The notes beneath the pieces were generated by a model. That model was not told the DNA's origin, searched no databases, and saw only the letters and a program-made list of their open reading frames with translations. This document shows, in pieces, positions 1 through 9,295 of a DNA stretch of 64,000 nucleotides; the stretch's first letter is position 1; each line of letters begins with the position of its first letter. A program made the position numbers and the translations under genes. Source of the stretch: Candidatus Woesearchaeota archaeon (GTDB lineage Archaea; Nanobdellota; Nanobdellia; Woesearchaeales; JAZDKJ01); the NCBI GenBank assembly GCA_043803105.1, contig JAZDKJ010000006.1:192001-256000 (forward strand), in the 5' to 3' direction.

Positions 1-536
1 AACTAAGGCCCTCAGCTGAGTTTGATTACCAAACCCTAATAACACTTCGGGAATCTGGCCTCACAGTCATTATGTGGGGTGTCGAATCAGGAAACAATCG
101 TGTATTAAAGCTGATCAACAAGGGAACAGATGTTGATGCTATCTCAAAAGTCCTTGCTGATTCCCATAAAGCTGGCATAAAGAATGTTGCTTATGTTATT
201 GTGGGATTTCCAACCGAGACTGAAATTGAATTTGCTGAAACTGCAAGCTTCCTAAAGCAAAACTCCGAATTTATCGACATGGTTTCTCTTGCAGTTTTTG
301 GTTTGCAGAAAGGCACTATTATTTACGATAATCCGGCAAAGTTTAGTTTGACAGGGATTGTTGAGCATTCCAGGACTATTCTTGACCCCAGGCTAACTTA
401 CCAGGTCTCGCATGGCTTAACTCATGAAGAGGCCATCAAATTGCGAAGAAAGTACATGCCCGCACTTGAGAAAATCAACAAATATCCCAGGGCTATGAAC
501 TTCTTTAGGGAGCATTTGCTTTGTTTGGTTGAATGA
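1..536 (+). CDS. Radical SAM protein, C-terminal part (5'-truncated by window edge)
   Basis: Frame is open to the window start; GVESG..VLK.INKG and IVGFPTET motifs are typical of B12-binding/MiaB-like radical SAM C-terminal halves. Confidence 0.8.
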   Translation, partial: LRPSAEFDYQTLITLRESGLTVIMWGVESGNNRVLKLINKGTDVDAISKVLADSHKAGIKNVAYVIVGFPTETEIEFAETASFLKQNSEFIDMVSLAVFGLQKGTIIYDNPAKFSLTGIVEHSRTILDPRLTYQVSHGLTHEEAIKLRRKYMPALEKINKYPRAMNFFREHLLCLVE

Positions 537-617
537 TACAACAGGAATCCTGAGTGCGCTCTAATAAAGCGCACTTTTATAAATCCACAATAGACATGTT
601 GGTTAAGGTGATAAACT

Positions 618-782
618 ATGGCAGCAACCCCAAAAGGGCCTCAAAAAGTTAGGATTGATTATAACATCGACAAACCCACTTATGACGATTTTGTCAGGAT
701 GTGTTCTAGCCAGGGATACGCTCCCAACATTATTGTGGAGCGCCTCATGAAAAAGTATATAGAGCAGGGCGGACGCCTCTAA
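618..782 (+). CDS. Small ribbon-helix-helix-like protein (54 aa, not in ORF track)
   Basis: ATG at 618 preceded by GGTGA; MAATPKGPQKVRIDYNIDKPTYDDFVRMCSSQGYAPNIIVERLMKKYIEQGGRL shows a beta-helix-helix pattern. Confidence 0.6.
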   Translation: MAATPKGPQKVRIDYNIDKPTYDDFVRMCSSQGYAPNIIVERLMKKYIEQGGRL

Positions 783-831
783 TTGGCAAAAAAGTCGACC
801 TTAATGCGTCTGTACTTAGCAAATTATTTTC

Positions 832-1227
832 CTAATGATGCTCTGCCTTTTCCGCATCAGCCTTTGTTTTGTGGATTGTCTTGTCAGGATGGTTCGGTGG
901 TGAATATATTGTATATAACCTCACTTCCTTTGTTTTGGAATTATTGATTACATTGTGATAGGTTCCGGCTGGTACTATCACAGCATCCCCATCACCTACA
1001 ACGTGTGTCTCCTTTCCATTAAAGACAAATTTTGCCTCTCCCTCTTCTATGCGAAAGAACTGGTCAACATGATCGTGCACCTCGTTGCCTATCTCTTCAC
1101 CAGCCTGAAGACACATGACCACAAGCTGTGCGTGTTTCCCTGTAAAAATCACTCCCCTAAAATAATTGTTCTTCAAAGTTTCGTTCTCAATATTGCCAAA
1201 ATATCCTGTCATAATGCCCACCTCCAA
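832..1227 (-). CDS. Cupin domain protein
   Basis: EVH..VDQFFRIEEG and VIVPAGTYHNVIN cupin motifs. Confidence 0.9.
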   Translation of the reverse strand: MEVGIMTGYFGNIENETLKNNYFRGVIFTGKHAQLVVMCLQAGEEIGNEVHDHVDQFFRIEEGEAKFVFNGKETHVVGDGDAVIVPAGTYHNVINNSKTKEVRLYTIYSPPNHPDKTIHKTKADAEKAEHH

Positions 1228-1397
1228 TATGCAATAGGTTTCACTTGTATGCTTAGCGCTTTATAAATTTATTTAAAAGTCTTAAAGAAACTAGACAGCT
1301 CTTGGCTGGACTCTCAAACCTTGTACTAGACCTTCCCTCTATGGATCGTCGTTAGGTCTTAAGTTACTTTTTTATAGCTGGCAATGTTTCCTTTCAT

Positions 1398-1862
1398 ATG
1401 ATTGTCTATTTTACCAAAGAGAGCTATGAGCGGATGGTCCAAGAATTAAACAACCTTGAAGAAAAGACCAAGAAATTGTATAATCTGGTTAATGAGACTT
1501 GCGGTGGTGACTGGCATGATAATGCGAATTATGATAACCTTATGAGGGACATTGGACTCAGCGATTCTAGGATACGGGAAAGGAGAAATCAGTTGGCCCA
1601 GGCGAAAATAATATCCTACCCAACATCTGTTGATTCTGTGGTATTAGGTACCAAAGTAAATATCACCAAGGATGGTTCTCCTGACACAATTTGCATTGTT
1701 GCAGAAGGCGACACAGATATAACTGCAAAAAAAATCAGGTATGATGCACCCTTGGCCAGCCGATTACTAGGAAGCAAAGTTGGCGATTCTTATACTGCCA
1801 AAATTGGCAATAAGGATGTCAGGATTGAGATATTGGATGTTCAACCGATTGACAAACCTTAA
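1398..1862 (+). CDS. GreA/GreB-family transcription elongation factor-like protein
   Basis: N-terminal coiled coil with GDWHDNANYD tip and C-terminal I.YDAPLASRLLG.KVGD, matching the Gre fold. Confidence 0.8.
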   Translation: MIVYFTKESYERMVQELNNLEEKTKKLYNLVNETCGGDWHDNANYDNLMRDIGLSDSRIRERRNQLAQAKIISYPTSVDSVVLGTKVNITKDGSPDTICIVAEGDTDITAKKIRYDAPLASRLLGSKVGDSYTAKIGNKDVRIEILDVQPIDKP

Positions 1863-1886
1863 ATATTGCTTGATTAAAGATTTACT

Positions 1887-2453
1887 ATGGAGATCGAGAT
1901 AAGGGCATTTGTAGAAGATTTTAGTCTAATCCAACTAAAACTAGCCGAGATTGGTACGACGCTTTTGGCAAACAACCATATTATTGATCTTTGGTTTTGT
2001 GAGAGCAGATATACTAAGTTTGAAGAAGTACAACAGGACAAACCAGGATCTTATGCTCTGCGCATACGACAATGTGATGATTCAAAAAGTCATAAGGTCG
2101 AATTGAATTGCAAGGTGCTTGAATTAGAGGGAGACCATAACGCATTTCATGAGTATGAGACAATTGTAGGTGACTTAGGGCAAACAAGAAAAATTCTTGA
2201 GGCCTTAGGTTTTAAGGTATTTTGCACAATTGACAAAATGCGGAAAACTTACAAGTTTGGAAATTGCACCATAAATCTTGAAGATATCAAGGGTTACAGA
2301 CCTGCAGTTGAGTTAGAGATAATTGATGATAAGGATATAGAGAATAATAAACTCAAGTTGCATAAATTAATGGGCCAGTTAAATATCCTGGAAGCAAACA
2401 AAATTGAAAAGAGTATAACTTACCTTTTTATGAAAGAGTTTTCGTTCAAGTAG
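1887..2453 (+). CDS. CYTH-family (class IV adenylate cyclase-like) protein
   Basis: N-terminal EIEIR, LRIR, K.RKTY and ELE motifs of CYTH. Confidence 0.85.
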   Translation: MEIEIRAFVEDFSLIQLKLAEIGTTLLANNHIIDLWFCESRYTKFEEVQQDKPGSYALRIRQCDDSKSHKVELNCKVLELEGDHNAFHEYETIVGDLGQTRKILEALGFKVFCTIDKMRKTYKFGNCTINLEDIKGYRPAVELEIIDDKDIENNKLKLHKLMGQLNILEANKIEKSITYLFMKEFSFK

Positions 2454-2491
2454 TCAAAATCAGCGAGTATGACATCCAAGTATGGGATATA

Positions 2492-4741
2492 TCATGCCAA
2501 CTCATTTTTTATCATGTTATGCAGTATTTCTTGAGAGTCGGAGAACATGTGGTCAGCCTCTACTGGAATATGTTTTAACTCAAAAAACTGGGCTATGCTT
2601 TCCGAATTTGCAGGATCAATTCGAGTGTCATGTATTGCACTAATGACTACAGTACTTTTTGGCACTCGGAATGCACGGACATCTATAGGTTCTCGATGTT
2701 CATAAGGTACTTGTTTCCTCTCGAAGAATGTGTTCAAGACAAAAGTTTTTCCAACTCTGCTGGAAAGGTTCAGCGCGACCGCCCCGCCGAAACTAAAACC
2801 TATGACAACATCAACCGAAAACTGTTCAATCATTCTAGTAACATCAATGCAGATCTCTCTGAATGGCCTATTATAGTTAAGCAATGGCATAATAACTTTG
2901 TATCCGTCGCGGTTCAAGGATTGTCTGAGTGAGATCAGTTCATCTAGTCGCGGATTGTAGCCCGGAAGGTAGAGGATTGTCGGCCCATCGCCATCAAATA
3001 TTTCTAACTCTTTTTTAGGGCAAACCATATATCGGAACTCAGAACAGTAGGATCCTTCAGAATCCCTCAACCACAGATTATGTGGTAAATAGGGTGAAAT
3101 CGATACTCCTTTTGAGGACAATTTGAGCATTTCGTATACCAGAAATGGATTCTGCACATCTACAAAAATGGGTTTTCTACTTGGTGAGTATCTTATGAAC
3201 ATTTTGTCTGGTAGCTTGTTGTGCAGTTGCCAATTATGGATTGCATCCATCATTCTCATGACAAAACCCCCAGTAATCTTTCTTGGCAACTTTATATCTG
3301 GGAGGTCAATCCATACGCTTTCCCTTAAGGTTGTCCTACTATGCGTTTCTGGACATAACACCTTCGCCAATCTGAGAACAACGCCTGGTAGGTAGTCACG
3401 AGCCCACATCTCCATATCTGAACTAGTCGAATTATATATCAACCGTCTGCCGATAGCTAAAGGGAAAAAAAGTAATTTTTTTGGATCATGCTGGTTGGTT
3501 GATCTGTAGGCATAAACCCTTGTGTATTTATTTGATATTTTGTTTGCCTGAGTGACAATCTCATTTTGGATATTTATGGGTATATGGTGGGTGAAATCCT
3601 TTCCTTTTTGGAGTATATAAGGTTGGAAATCAATTCTGTCCATAGTTATTTTTCGTATTGCTGAGACAAATTTGTCAACCAATTCATTTTTACGAAATTC
3701 GAACATGGGATTTGAGATTACTGTGGCCGAAACATGAATCTCGCCGATGATGATTACATGACCATTCTCCCCAAATTCAACACTTATGTCTGGAGCAAAC
3801 ATGGGTGGCATGACTTGATATGGATAATCAATCATGTCAGGTGAACTGATTCCTTTATCTATCATCTCTTGAATGGTCTCCTCTGAATATCTCAAGAAAT
3901 TATGGATGACAAACTCTTCAGTCTTGTCGCTGGGTATGTTATCCAGTAATTTTTTTGTCAGTAGGGTCAGATAAGCTCCAAAAATAGAGTTCAAAATGTC
4001 GAGGTCTTTCTTCAGTTTTGATCCCACCAAGAAAGAAAAAGGTCTCTTTTCAAGTTCAAAGAAGGTTTCGCGGCTTTCATAGTCTTTTTTTCTCCCAGTA
4101 ACGCTGTTCACATGAGGATTGGTGATCCCTTGGAAGATATCTTTCATTTCCATGAATAAGGTATCCCTCCGGTCAGATGCAAGTTCCAACCTGTATTGAT
4201 CCAGTAAATCCACAAGTCTATCTAACCTGGCATCTGAGTATTTACGAAGTATCGAATAATCTTCTAAAATTTTGCCATAGTCATCTTCAGATACCTTAAT
4301 CCCAAGATTATTAATGACTGCTTCCAGCGCCCAGTCTTCGAGCATGATGTACCTGTCACTTTTTTCCTCAAACAATTCAATGTTATCAGCAAAGTGATCA
4401 AACCTGCCTAAGGCCACTGGACCGTATGACCCTGCTGTGCAACATTTGCAAGCTGCTCTTTGTAGGTAGAGCATGGCTTTTCTGTGGTATTGTGATAAAA
4501 GTGATTTTGTTGATGAAAGCTTGCTTAGAAATGATAAGTAATTAGGTGTGGAGATTCGGGTCATGTCACGAAAACGCCGATCATTTCGGAGCTGGCCAAA
4601 ATTGTTAAACTGATTATCAGACTCTTCTGGTCCTATATTATGTCCTGTCCTGTATCTTTCCAGGATCTCGAAGGGCATACCTGAAGTTCGTAGCACCACA
4701 AAATTAATGGGTTCGTAGTTTATTTTATTTTCAAAGCACAT
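2492..4741 (-). CDS. Lantibiotic-dehydratase N-terminal (LanB-N/PEARL-like) protein fused to a C-terminal alpha/beta hydrolase
   Basis: VVLRTSG.P, YLQRAACK..T.GSYGP, IIGEIH, LP..MFI....RKPIFVD..NP, LWLRD.EGSYCSEFR motifs; C-terminal GFSFGG nucleophile elbow with downstream D and H. Confidence 0.75.
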   Translation of the reverse strand: MCFENKINYEPINFVVLRTSGMPFEILERYRTGHNIGPEESDNQFNNFGQLRNDRRFRDMTRISTPNYLSFLSKLSSTKSLLSQYHRKAMLYLQRAACKCCTAGSYGPVALGRFDHFADNIELFEEKSDRYIMLEDWALEAVINNLGIKVSEDDYGKILEDYSILRKYSDARLDRLVDLLDQYRLELASDRRDTLFMEMKDIFQGITNPHVNSVTGRKKDYESRETFFELEKRPFSFLVGSKLKKDLDILNSIFGAYLTLLTKKLLDNIPSDKTEEFVIHNFLRYSEETIQEMIDKGISSPDMIDYPYQVMPPMFAPDISVEFGENGHVIIIGEIHVSATVISNPMFEFRKNELVDKFVSAIRKITMDRIDFQPYILQKGKDFTHHIPINIQNEIVTQANKISNKYTRVYAYRSTNQHDPKKLLFFPLAIGRRLIYNSTSSDMEMWARDYLPGVVLRLAKVLCPETHSRTTLRESVWIDLPDIKLPRKITGGFVMRMMDAIHNWQLHNKLPDKMFIRYSPSRKPIFVDVQNPFLVYEMLKLSSKGVSISPYLPHNLWLRDSEGSYCSEFRYMVCPKKELEIFDGDGPTILYLPGYNPRLDELISLRQSLNRDGYKVIMPLLNYNRPFREICIDVTRMIEQFSVDVVIGFSFGGAVALNLSSRVGKTFVLNTFFERKQVPYEHREPIDVRAFRVPKSTVVISAIHDTRIDPANSESIAQFFELKHIPVEADHMFSDSQEILHNMIKNELA

Positions 4742-4881
4742 TTTGGGAGGTTTGATTTTTTGTTCTGTGATGACATGATTCTCCTTGCCGATTCCGCAGG
4801 TATCTCATACACATTGCAGGTCTCGATATTACAGGCTAAATACCCAAACTTTTCTTTTCTCACTTTTATTTTTTCAGTCAT
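4720..4881 (-). CDS. Unannotated 53-aa peptide (candidate precursor peptide or stand-alone RRE-like protein)
   Basis: MTEKIKVRKEKFGYLACNIETCNVYEIPAESARRIMSSQNKKSNLPKCALKIK; start overlaps the upstream stop (ATGACTGA) and its end overlaps the LanB-like start. Confidence 0.65.
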   Translation of the reverse strand: MTEKIKVRKEKFGYLACNIETCNVYEIPAESARRIMSSQNKKSNLPKCALKIK

Positions 4882-5923
4882 TTTTGCCCCAGCATATGGG
4901 ATCCTTGCCGCTCACGTGATTATTTACATAAATACTCCTTGCTCTGCATCCTCCGATACACAATGATCTTTCTTCGCAAGAAATACAATCTTTATCGACA
5001 GTTAGGCTGGCTTGTCTTAGTGCAGCCAAAACCTGGCTTCTCCAGATAGTGCTCAATTCTGTACGGAAAATATTGCCGAGTTTAGTGTCTAAAAATGGAC
5101 ATGGAAATACATCACCATTATAATCAATTCTCAAAAAATAGTCCCCGCAAAGCTTTCGGTATTTGACCAGATCTGTCTTGTGTAGCAGAAACGGAAAAAA
5201 TTGTGATTCGTCGATTGATATTTGAATATCCTTCCTTTTCTTCAAAATGTACAAATTTTTTGCTATCTCCCTTGCAGTATCTGGTTGAATGTTTAACTTA
5301 TCATAGTTTTGTAGGCCTCTGCCCATAGGTTTGAACCACGCGAAATTCATTCTTTTCACGCCTAACCTGATTGAGAGATTCACAATGTCGTTGAGGCTCT
5401 CCTTGTTTAGGTTTGTGATGACAGTCTTTGTAGTGACTGGAATTCCCTCATCAATCATCATTTGGATGCCATGACACACTTGAGCTAGGCTTGTACCGCT
5501 TCCCCTCTGTTTTCTGTAAATTGTCTGATCCGCAGCATCAAGACTGACATGAACTGATGCAAGGTTGTAGCTTGCAAGTTTGCGTGCATACCTCCTGTTT
5601 ACAAGAGTACCGTTTGTATTCATTATTATTCCGAACCTGCCTAGCAAATTATCCATTAGATACCAAATATGCTTATACATTAAAGGCTCACCACCAGTGA
5701 GTACAAAATAGAATATCTTGTTCTTTTCTGCTTGTTGAATTATTCTTGTCACACCATCCTTTGAAAGGAATTGTGCCTGATTGGAGGCATTTGCGCAGCA
5801 ATGTACACATGTGCAGTTGCATTGGGTAGTAACAAGAATATTTAGGTTAATGGGGCTGGAAAGGGCACGATATATTTTGCCATTTTCTCTGGCACATACT
5901 TGATAAAATGGTCTGACCCGCAA
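4874..5923 (-). CDS. Radical SAM/SPASM domain protein
   Basis: CNCTCVHC (CX3CX2C), TGGEP, C-terminal CG...DG.VFPC and CISC.....C.GGCRAR SPASM motif. Confidence 0.93.
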   Translation of the reverse strand: MRVRPFYQVCARENGKIYRALSSPINLNILVTTQCNCTCVHCCANASNQAQFLSKDGVTRIIQQAEKNKIFYFVLTGGEPLMYKHIWYLMDNLLGRFGIIMNTNGTLVNRRYARKLASYNLASVHVSLDAADQTIYRKQRGSGTSLAQVCHGIQMMIDEGIPVTTKTVITNLNKESLNDIVNLSIRLGVKRMNFAWFKPMGRGLQNYDKLNIQPDTAREIAKNLYILKKRKDIQISIDESQFFPFLLHKTDLVKYRKLCGDYFLRIDYNGDVFPCPFLDTKLGNIFRTELSTIWRSQVLAALRQASLTVDKDCISCEERSLCIGGCRARSIYVNNHVSGKDPICWGKND

Positions 5924-7096
5924 TTAAATCCACCCTTTATATGCCTCATTTGCCAATGAATTTCTTAGCGATGATTCCGAAAAAAAAGGTTTATACCCTT
6001 TTTCATGATAGATATCTGAGGCGTGCCTATACAAATTGATGATGTAATCATATGGCGGGCTTTTCAGTTTTCTGCCAAAAATTGCTCCTCGATCCGGATG
6101 AAATATGTTTGCGCCCGGCACCACACCCATATTTGCCATTTCAGTAAAACCCTCTTTGAGGTCTTCAAGACTGTTGATTCCACCAACAAAATTGCACCAA
6201 AGAGCCCCTTCACCATACAATTCTTTCACGCTGTACCTATATGCTTCCAAGATTGTATCATAACCTCTGTATTTTTGTTTACCAGGGCATACATCTGCGA
6301 ATCTGTCCTTTCCCCATACCTCTAGGTTGAAACTTGGGTGCTCCATTCCAGTTTCATAGAGTTCAGCCAGTCTTTTAAGTTCTATTGGGGGCATAAGAGC
6401 TGTGTTCCCGCGAATTTTATGATTCCAAGGAGCATATTCTCTTATAATATGTAGTGCACGGATGTGAGCTTCAAACTCCTCATTTGGGTTGACTGTAGAC
6501 CCACCTGTTGTTAGTACGAAGTTAATTTTGTCGCCTGATTTGAAGGATTTCGAGACTGCTTCTCTTATTTGAGATTCATCCTTCTTAACAAATACTTCGT
6601 GATATTTTTCCTGTGTCGGACTTACACTGCAGAATTTACATGGCAGACCCACATCCCAGAATTCACATCCTGAATAAATATTGATGTTTAGGGTATCAAA
6701 TCCATAGAAGTTTATTATCTTTTTTATGTCGCTGCCGTCTGCGAGCTGATTTGCCCAAACCTTTGGTCTAGGAAGGTAGTTGACAATGCTTATTGGGTCA
6801 ATTCCATTTTCGAAGAAGTGCAGCTTTCCATCATCTCCATATTTGACTATGTGTGGTGAGCTTGGTCTAAGATGTGTGCATACCACGATGTCGCCTGGCA
6901 GCAACAGCTCAGATGGGACTATTAGATCAGAGCTAATACCCCAGTTTGAATCGTCATACCCTCGGTGTTCTTCCTTAAACCTAGTACCTAGACCAGTTAA
7001 TGCATGTTCATCGATCCTAAATCCTTTTTCGAGGATCAAAGCCTTTACATGGGATGATATTTCTTTTTTCATGATATCACCTTTCAAAATACGCAC
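5924..7096 (-). CDS. Radical SAM protein with CX8CX2C motif (true start probably 7072)
   Basis: CEFWDVGLPCKFC cluster motif, TGG, SFNLEVW and CPGK motifs. Confidence 0.85.
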   Translation of the reverse strand: MRILKGDIMKKEISSHVKALILEKGFRIDEHALTGLGTRFKEEHRGYDDSNWGISSDLIVPSELLLPGDIVVCTHLRPSSPHIVKYGDDGKLHFFENGIDPISIVNYLPRPKVWANQLADGSDIKKIINFYGFDTLNINIYSGCEFWDVGLPCKFCSVSPTQEKYHEVFVKKDESQIREAVSKSFKSGDKINFVLTTGGSTVNPNEEFEAHIRALHIIREYAPWNHKIRGNTALMPPIELKRLAELYETGMEHPSFNLEVWGKDRFADVCPGKQKYRGYDTILEAYRYSVKELYGEGALWCNFVGGINSLEDLKEGFTEMANMGVVPGANIFHPDRGAIFGRKLKSPPYDYIINLYRHASDIYHEKGYKPFFSESSLRNSLANEAYKGWI

Positions 7097-8213
7097 GTGA
7101 GAATATATTAATCCTCCTTTTCAGCAATAGTAAAATCCCTGAAAGCAAGGCCAGAGTAATTACTATTGGGAAGAAGATTACAAACAGTGGCATCGTGACC
7201 AGGTCAATAATTCGGAAATCACCAAAGTGGATCCTTGTATACAATAATATGATTAGTATTGACAGTATGAGCACTAAATAGTTGACCAAGAATTCAGTTT
7301 TATGGGATATCAAGTAGGCTAGACCCAAAAATGTAATAAAATAATAGAGGCCGTACCATAGGAGTGGGTAGCTTAGTAAGATAAGCTTTCTCCGCAGATT
7401 GACCTTTAGCATTGTTTTTGCGAAGTGACCTATAGTATAGATGTTTCCGATGGTCCATCTGATTCTCTGCATAAAAAGGCATCTGAGTGTAGTTTTTTCC
7501 TGCTCAAAGGCCATCACCTCAGGGTAGACTCTGAGTTTATAACCAAGACGGATGGACGTATATGTTAGGACCAGGTCTTCCAAGATATGATAAGCTACCA
7601 GCTGCTTGTATTTTCTTGTTTTTACCACTCCAAAACAGCCAGGAAAGTTGGACATCCGGAAATATTCTTTGCCAAGTTGAATAATTCTCTGTCGTAGAAT
7701 CCTGTCCCAACTAATAAATTGGTATACAAAGTTCTTTTTAGTTTCAAAGGGGTCAATAAGACAGGTGGCGAAGTCAGCCTTGGTATCAATGGTATATCTG
7801 TAAACTGACTCAATTGCTTGGGGTTTCAGGATGGTATCAGCATCCACAACCACGAAATAATTGTCTTTTACCTTTGCAAGCCCCAACAATATGGATCCCA
7901 CCTTTGACGGTTGATGGTCTTTTTTATGGATCAACCTTATCTTGTCACTCTTCCACGAACGACATATCTCTTTTGTCTTATCCTCACAATTGTCTAAAAT
8001 CACTATTATTTCTTTTACTATTTCTCCCTGAGCAACCACGCTTTCCAGACATTTTGACATCACTTTGTCCTCGTTATATGCAGGGATAATAATTGATAGT
8101 GGGGATAGTTTGTCCTTGATTGGTTTGCTTTCGTTTCGGACCGCTCGTGACCCAAGGAGAAAAATTACAAAATACCCAATGAAGACTGATGTTATCAGAT
8201 TAACAATGAACAT
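7077..8213 (-). CDS. Glycosyltransferase family 2, membrane-bound
   Basis: IIIPAYNE, DADT, ED and QRIRW motifs plus C-terminal TM helices. Confidence 0.92.
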   Translation of the reverse strand: MFIVNLITSVFIGYFVIFLLGSRAVRNESKPIKDKLSPLSIIIPAYNEDKVMSKCLESVVAQGEIVKEIIVILDNCEDKTKEICRSWKSDKIRLIHKKDHQPSKVGSILLGLAKVKDNYFVVVDADTILKPQAIESVYRYTIDTKADFATCLIDPFETKKNFVYQFISWDRILRQRIIQLGKEYFRMSNFPGCFGVVKTRKYKQLVAYHILEDLVLTYTSIRLGYKLRVYPEVMAFEQEKTTLRCLFMQRIRWTIGNIYTIGHFAKTMLKVNLRRKLILLSYPLLWYGLYYFITFLGLAYLISHKTEFLVNYLVLILSILIILLYTRIHFGDFRIIDLVTMPLFVIFFPIVITLALLSGILLLLKRRINIFSRAYFER

Positions 8214-8793
8214 TAGATATCACCTGCCACATCTCGTCAGCGATATCATCTAGCTTCCGATGCGTCGTGTTGATAACATGCCAACTATCTGGGTCTGTGG
8301 TTATGAAACCTTGGTATAGGGCATTGGTTTGATTTGAATACTCCTTTGTCAAATTGTCATTGATGCTATTGTTTGTTCTGCCAGATACTCTATGTATTCG
8401 CTGTTCATGGTCACATGTGAGGAGAAAGCTTTTTGTCGGTTGTAGGATCATGTTATTAAAGAAAGTATAAATAGGGTAAATTACCTCGAAATCAAGTTTC
8501 TCTCTTATGGCATAGTCAACAAAACAACTTGTGATATATCGATCACATATTACCCTGGGTTCCTTTGGGAATTTTCGGATAGTTGATTCAGCAAAGAATG
8601 TTGAAGAGAGATAGTAAAGGAACCTGGCATGATTATTTTCACTATTGTCTACCGAGACCCTTATGGGTGTATATTCAATTTGGGGTGTTTTGCATAATAC
8701 TACATCTTGGATACCAGAGATTATCTGCAACACAGAGGTTTTCCCAACCCCATTGTCACCTTCCACAACAAAAAAATTGCTCATTAATCCCAC
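8200..8793 (-). CDS. Thymidylate-kinase-like P-loop kinase
   Basis: EGDNGVGKT Walker A and ICDRY motif. Confidence 0.85.
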   Translation of the reverse strand: MGLMSNFFVVEGDNGVGKTSVLQIISGIQDVVLCKTPQIEYTPIRVSVDNSENNHARFLYYLSSTFFAESTIRKFPKEPRVICDRYITSCFVDYAIREKLDFEVIYPIYTFFNNMILQPTKSFLLTCDHEQRIHRVSGRTNNSINDNLTKEYSNQTNALYQGFITTDPDSWHVINTTHRKLDDIADEMWQVISNVHC

Positions 8794-8942
8794 CTTAGGC
8801 TGATATGATGTTATTGCCTGTCTATTAATAAAGGTTTACCCAGGTATTTCTCCTGCAGGGCGGTCCATATTATATATGATATTCATTGTGGACAAGTATA
8901 TTTGAATTCCAACGCAGGTCTATGAAATAAAAGAAAAATAAT

Positions 8943-8963
8943 AATAGCCCGGGCGGATTCGAA
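8943..8963 (-). repeat. Copy of tRNA-Gln 3' end (att-like), intron-less form
   Basis: Minus strand TTCGAATCCGCCCGGGCTA matches the spliced tRNA-Gln T-loop and acceptor strand, lacking one G. Confidence 0.85.
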
Positions 8964-9009
8964 TTGCATGTGCCCAAAACTTTAGAATTTTATGCTTTCA
9001 GACCATGCC

Positions 9010-9210
9010 TCATCTGTTCCTGTCATTTCTCTTCTTTAAAGCACTTGTAGGAAAAAGCTTCGCGATTATACTGCCCTGCTTTTTGACAATCTTGTCCATG
9101 CAATCTGAACAGATATCAGCAGCATGAGTGTCGTCTATCTTGAGGTGATGCCACTCAGGCAGATAGTCCTTTATCGGTTGATCACATAAACTGCATTTCA
9201 TGTTCTCCAC
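9010..9210 (-). CDS. Small zinc-finger protein
   Basis: CSLC...CSDC pairs in 66 aa. Confidence 0.65.
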   Translation of the reverse strand: MENMKCSLCDQPIKDYLPEWHHLKIDDTHAADICSDCMDKIVKKQGSIIAKLFPTSALKKRNDRNR

Positions 9211-9260
9211 TTCAATATTTTAAAAAACATCACTTCCTCATCATCATGAGGAAGATATAC

Positions 9261-9276
9261 AGCTCGGGGCGGATCG
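9261..9276 (-). repeat. Degenerate copy of tRNA-Gln 3' end
   Basis: agctcggggcggat versus agccccgggcgga; located between cassettes. Confidence 0.5.
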
Positions 9277-9295
9277 CCCATTTTCGTTTTCGCGT

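Noticed and set aside
2958-2966. TAGCCCGG as another tRNA-Gln att copy bounding the biosynthetic operon
   Set aside because: Only 8 bp, inside a CDS and lacking the arm motif; so the operon cannot be shown to be part of the cassette array
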